This document shows positions 58,693-64,000 of a stretch of DNA of 64,000 bases, in pieces. Origin of the DNA: Macrostomum lignano (lineage: Eukaryota); the NCBI GenBank assembly GCA_002269645.1, contig NIVC01003912.1, positions 6,043 through 70,042 on the forward strand. Reading direction: 5' to 3'. Numbering within the stretch: position 1 is the stretch's first letter; the number at the start of each line of letters is the position of its first letter. Below the pieces are notes generated by a model. That model was not told where the DNA came from. It searched no databases and was given only the letters and a program-made list of their open reading frames with translations. The translations under genes were made by a program, and so were the position numbers.

Positions 58693-61600
58693 TTAGATGA
58701 TGGATCCAAGCGACACGACGACTCCAAGAAAGCATGCAAACTCAAAAGCCAGCAAGCACTCGGAGCTCTTCAAAGCGACTTCTTCATCAGGATTCACACT
58801 GCTTTCAGACTCTGGAGATGGCGGCTCGCTTGTGTAGTGGGTTGAATCACTTGTAGCTGTACTCCTAGTTTCAGCAGCTTCCGTTGCGCGTGTAGAGCTG
58901 ACAGACTCTGAAGACCTCGGCTCCCTTGTGTAGCGGGTTGAGTCACTTGTAACTGTACTCGTAGTTTCATGAGCTTTCGGTGCGCGTGTAGATCTGACAG
59001 ACTCTGAAGACGTCGGCTCGCTTGTGTAGCGGGTTGACTCACTTGTAGTTGTAGTTTCAGGAGCTTTCGCTGCGCTTGAAGAGCTGACAGACTCTGGAGA
59101 TGTCGGCTCGCTTGTGTAGCGGGTTGACTCACTTGTAGTTGTAGTTTCAGGAGCTTTCGCTGCGCTTGAAGAGCTGACAGACTCTGGAGATGTCGGCTCG
59201 CTTGTGTAGCGGGTTGGCTCACTTGTAGTTGTAGTTTCAGGAGCTTTCGCTGCGCTTGTAGAGCTGACAGACTCTGAAGACCTCGGCTCGCTTGTGTAGT
59301 GGTTATCACTTGTGTAGAGGGTTAAGTCACTTGTAGCTGTAGTTTCAGGAGCTTCCGGTGCGCCTGTAGAGCTGACAGACTCTGAAGACCTCGGCTCGCT
59401 TGTGTAGTGGTTATCACTTGTGTAGAGGGTTAAGTCACTTGTAGCTGTAGTTTCAGGAGCTTCCGGTGCGCCTGTAGAGCTGACAGACTCTGAAGACGTC
59501 GGCTCGCTTGTGTAGCGGGTTGACTCACTTGTAGTTGTAGTTTCATGAGCTTTCGGTGCGCTTGAAGAGCTGACAGACTCTGGAGATGTCGGCTCGCTTG
59601 TGTAGCGGGTTGGCTCACTTGTAGTTGTAGTTTCAGGAGCTTTCGCTGCGCTTGTAGAGCTGACAGACTCTGAAGACCTCGGCTCCCTTGTGTAGCGGGT
59701 TGAGTCACTTGTAACTGTACTCGTAGTTTCAGCAGCTTCCGTTGCGCGTGTAGAGCTAACAGACTCTAGAGACATCGGCTCCCTTGTGTAGTGAGTTGAC
59801 TCACTTGTAGTTGTAGTTTCAGCAGCTTCCGGCGCGCGTGTAGAGCTGACAGACTCTGGAGATGTCGGCTCGCTTGTGTAGCGGGTTGGCTCACTTGTAG
59901 TTGTAGTTTCAGGAGCTTTCGCTGCGCTTGTAGAGCTGACAGACTCTGGAGATGTCGGCTCGCTTGTGTAGCGGGTTGGCTCACTTGTAGTTGTAGTTTC
60001 AGGAGCTTTCGCTGCGCTTGTAGAGCTGACAGACTCTGAAGACCTCGGCTCCCTTGTGTAGCGGGTTGAGTCACTTGTAACTGTACTCGTAGTTTCAGCA
60101 GCTTCCGTTGCGCGTGTAGAGCTAACAGACTCTGGAGACGTCGGCTCCCTTGTGTAGTGAGTTGACTCACTTGTAGTTGTAGTTTCAGCAGCTTCCGGCG
60201 CGCGTGTAGAGCTGACAGACTCTGGAGACGTCGGCTCGCTTGTGTAGCGGGTTGACTCACTTGTAACTGTACTCGTAGTTTCAGCAGCTTCCGTTGCGCG
60301 TGTAGAGCTAACAGACTCTAGAGACGTCGGCTCCCTTGTGTAGTGAGTTGACTCACTTGTAGTTGTAGTTTCAGGAGCTTCCGGTGCGCCTGTAGAGCTG
60401 ACAGACTCTGGAGATGTCGGCTCGCTTGTGTAGCGGGTTGGCTCACTTGTAGTTGTAGTTTCAGGAGCTTTCGCTGCGCTTGTAGAGCTGACAGACTCTG
60501 GAGATGTCGGCTCGCTTGTGTAGCGGGTTGGCTCACTTGTAGTTGTAGTTTCAGGAGCTTTCGCTGCGCTTGTAGAGCTGACAGACTCTGAAGACCTCGG
60601 CTCGCTTGTGTAGCGGGTTGAGTCATTTGTAACTGTACTCGTAGTTTCATGAACTTTCGGTGCGCGTGTAGATCTGACAGACTCTGAAGACGTCGGCTCG
60701 CTTGTGTAGCGGGTTGAGTCACTTGTAACTGTACTCGTAGTTTCATGAGCTTTCGGTGCGCTTGTAGAGCCGACAGACTCTGAAGACGTCGGCTCGCTTG
60801 TGTAGCGGGTTGGCTCACTTGTAACTGTACTCGTAGTTTCAGCAGCTTCCGTTGCGCGTGTAGAGCTAACAGACTCTAGAGACGTCGGCTCCCTTGTGTA
60901 GTGAGTTGACTCACTTGTAGTTGTAGTTTCAGCAGCTTCCGGCGCGCGTGTAGAGCTGACAGACTCTGGAGATGTCGGCTCGCTTGTGTAGCGGGTTGGC
61001 TCACTTGTAGTTGTAGTTTCAGGAGCTTTCGCTGCGCTTGTAGAGCTGACAGACTCTGAAGACCTCGGCTCGCTTGTGTAGTGGTTATCACTTGTGTAGA
61101 GGGTTAAGTCACTTGTAGCTGTAGTTTCAGAAGCTTCCGGTGCGCCTGTAGAGCTGACAGACTCTGGAGATGTCGGCTCGCTTGTGTAGCGGGTTGGCTC
61201 ACTTGTAGTTGTAGTTTCAGGAGCTTTCGCTGCGCTTGTAGAGCTGACAGACTCTGGAGATGTCGGCTCGCTTGTGTAGCGGGTTGAGTCACTTGTAGTT
61301 GTAGTTTCAGGAGCTTTCGCTGCGCTTGTAGAGCTGACAGACTCTGAAGACCTCGGCTCCCTTGTGTAGCGGGTTGAGTCACTTGTAACTGTACTCGTAG
61401 TTTCAGCAGCTTCCGTTGCGCGTGTAGAGCTAACAGACTCTAGAGACGTCGGCTCCCTTGTGTAGTGAGTTGACTCACTTGTAGTTGTAGTTTCAGCAGC
61501 TTCCGGCGCGCGTGTAGAGCTGACAGACTCTGGAGACGTCGGCTCCCTTGTGTAGTGAGTTGACTCACTTGTAGTTGTAGTTTCAGCAGCTTCCGGCGCG

Positions 61601-63539
61601 CGTGTAGAGCTGACAGACTCTGGAGACGTCGGCTCCCTTGTGTAGCGAGTTGACTCACTTGTAGTTGTAGTTTCAGCAGCTTCCGGCGCGCGTGTAGAGC
61701 TGACAGACTCTGGAGATGTCGGCTCGCTTGTGTAGCGGGTTGGCTCACTTGTAGTTGTAGTTTCAGGAGCTTTCGCTGCGCTTGTAGAGCTGACAGACTC
61801 TGGAGATGTCGGCTCGCTTGTGTAGCGGGTTGGCTCACTTGTAGTTGTAGTTTCAGGAGCTTTCGCTGCGCTTGTAGAGCTGACAGACTCTGAAGACCTC
61901 GGCTCGCTTGTGTAGCGGGTTGACTCACTTGTAGTTGTAGTTTCATGAGCTTTCGGTGCGCTTGAAGAGCCGACAGACTCTAGAGACGTCGGCTCCCTTG
62001 TGTAGCGGGTTGAGTCACTTGTAACTGTACTCGTAGTTTCAGGAGCTTCCGGTGCGCTTGTAGAGCTAACAGACTCTAGAGACGTCGGCTCCCTTGTGTA
62101 GCGGGTTGTGTATAGCGGTAGAGGATCGCTTGTAGAGCTAACAGACTCTGGAGACGTCGGCTCGCTTGTGTAGCGGTTTGAGTCACTTGTAACTGTACTC
62201 GTAGTTTCAGCAGCTTCCGGTGCGCTTGTAGAGCTAACAGACTCTGGAGATGTCTTCTCACTTGTGTAGTGTGTTGAATCACTTGTAGCTGTAGTTTCAG
62301 CAGCTTCCGGTGCGCTTGTAGAGCTGACAGACTCTGGAGACGTCGGCTCCCTCGTAGACTTGCTCGTGGGTTCATACGTTGTTTTCGTACTATTTTTCAC
62401 TGAAAGTTATAACAATAAAGATTCAGTTCAACAACATTTAATACTGCATGCAGTAGCCTCCGTGCTGTCTAACAAAACCTCTTACAGTACAAAAGCTGCT
62501 GGGGTTAGTGCCTTTAGGAACACCGGTACAAGACTAGAGGATCCCCAGTACAAGACTAGAGGATCCCCGGTACAAGACTAAAGGATCCCCGGTACAAGAG
62601 TAGAGGATCCCCGGTAAAAGACTAGAGGATCACCAGTAGAAGACTAGAGATCACCAGTAGAAGACCAGAGGATCACCGGTAGAGGACTAGAGAATCACCG
62701 GTAGAGGACTAGAGGATCACCGGTAGAGGACTAGAGAATCACCGGTAGAGGACTAGAGGATCACCGGTAGAAGGCCAGAGGATCCCGGTACTTACCGGGA
62801 CACTTCAACGGTGACGTCACGGAGCCGCCGCAGCCCACCTTGGAGCAGTTTGGCGGCTCGAACCCGGCTTTGCAAAAGCAGACTTTGCCAGAAGTGAGCA
62901 CCCCGTTGGCATTGCAGTCAGGACACGACTTGCAGGCTCGGACGGTGCTCAGCGGTGTGCAGGTGGAGTTGACGCACATCTGCAATTTTCAAAATCGTCT
63001 TCGTCTTCATCGAGGCAGGTCTTCACCTCAACTGCTACCCAACTCTGCTAGCCATAGCTGGCCTGCCCATCTCACCGAGTCAACTCCGCACTTGGCTCCG
63101 TCCGGCACCAGAGAGGGGCTGCGCATTCCGGATGAAGACAAATCGATGTCGGAGAACGAGTAGCAGGTGGTGTTTCCGACCGTCTTATTCTTCCCAAACC
63201 GAGGCTTAGCAACCAGTTCGCACTGCTGCAGGCCGCACTCAACGTCCCTGTAAAATTTGTGAATATTTAAATGCCTGTGTCTTTCCTACTTGCAATAGCC
63301 ATTAGTCAAACAGCTCCATTCACTCACTTTGGAGCGCACGGCACGTGGGAGAAAAATCCCGACAGTCTGAACCCGGCCCAGATGTAAAGCACAGCCAGTC
63401 GTGAATGGCAGTGGCCGTAGGCGCTGCTGTTTTTGTTCAGGATTTCAAAGCACTTCTTGTCGGCGCTCTTGGCTGAAGAATCGAAAAGCCTTCGGCACTG
63501 GGTGTCTGGCGATCTGCAGCGTCCCTTGTAGCAGAAGGC
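58693..63539 (-). CDS. ADAM-family protein, 3' part (Cys-rich + EGF-like) followed by a ~1,235-aa mucin exon with a hydrophobic C-terminus; 5'-partial
   Basis: Phase-consistent exons: 63539-63328 ([19 protein letters not shown]...[10 protein letters not shown]...YGHC), 63247-63076 (DVECGLQQC...LVPDGAKCG), 62979-62796 (MCVNSTC...[21 protein letters not shown]), 62399-58693 (S/T/E/P repeats ending [20 protein letters not shown]). Confidence 0.88.
58850..62340 (-). repeat. Coding mucin tandem repeat with 90/96-bp units ([30 protein letters not shown] and variants)
   Basis: About 37 in-frame units, including a longer [11 protein letters not shown] variant repeated three times. Confidence 0.95.
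62521..62790. repeat. Intronic 21-22-bp tandem repeat ACTAGAGGATC(C/A)CCGGTA(C/G)A(A/G)G
   Basis: About 12 units abutting the ADAM EGF-exon donor at 62795. Confidence 0.9.
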
Positions 63540-63605
63540 CTGAAGTGATGAGGATGCAAATGCTGAGCAGATGTTCTCACTAATTCTGTAAAAAATATCT
63601 TGACA

Positions 63606-63878
<273 letters not shown>

Positions 63879-64000
63879 ATAACTACAGATGAACTTACTA
63901 TTCGAGAAGCGAGTATGAACTTTAAATATGTAGCTCATAGCTCAGACAGGCACAAAATGAAAGGTGCTTAAGCTACAAGGTAAAAAACATAACACCAGAC

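Noticed and set aside
58794-62375. Alternative-frame [12 protein letters not shown] ORFs
   Set aside because: Shadow frames of the mucin exon, repeatedly interrupted by stops.

Overview
Eukaryotic (invertebrate animal) genomic DNA: GC-rich GT-AG exons sit in AT-rich introns packed with minisatellites and DNA-transposon relics. The style resembles macrostomid flatworms, but that is an unverified impression. I assembled five spliced genes by hand, checking splice phase at every junction. (1) A 5'-partial cation-dependent mannose-6-phosphate-receptor-like gene (+, 3496-10483). (2) A signal peptide + C-type-lectin-like + ~13 sushi/CCP gene (-, 21607 to ~14235, 3' end unresolved). (3) A ~3,200-aa PKD1/REJ-like single-pass receptor gene with a GPS motif (-, 38314-23805), carrying two frameshifts and one in-frame TAG as assembled. 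(4) UBE4B/Ufd2, a U-box E4 ligase (+, 47105-52626, 878 aa). (5) The 3' end of an ADAM-family gene whose last exon is a ~1,235-aa mucin with a GPI-like tail (-, from >63539 to 58693). Between and within the genes lie a 4.4-kb non-autonomous Helitron loaded with satellite DNA, several MITEs with intact TSDs, an internally deleted Tc1 element, a hAT transposase relic, a minimal hammerhead motif and more than 10 unrelated minisatellites, mostly with 28-31-bp periods. Most long repetitive ORFs in the supplied track are minisatellite artefacts. No CRISPR, rRNA or convincing tRNA gene was found.
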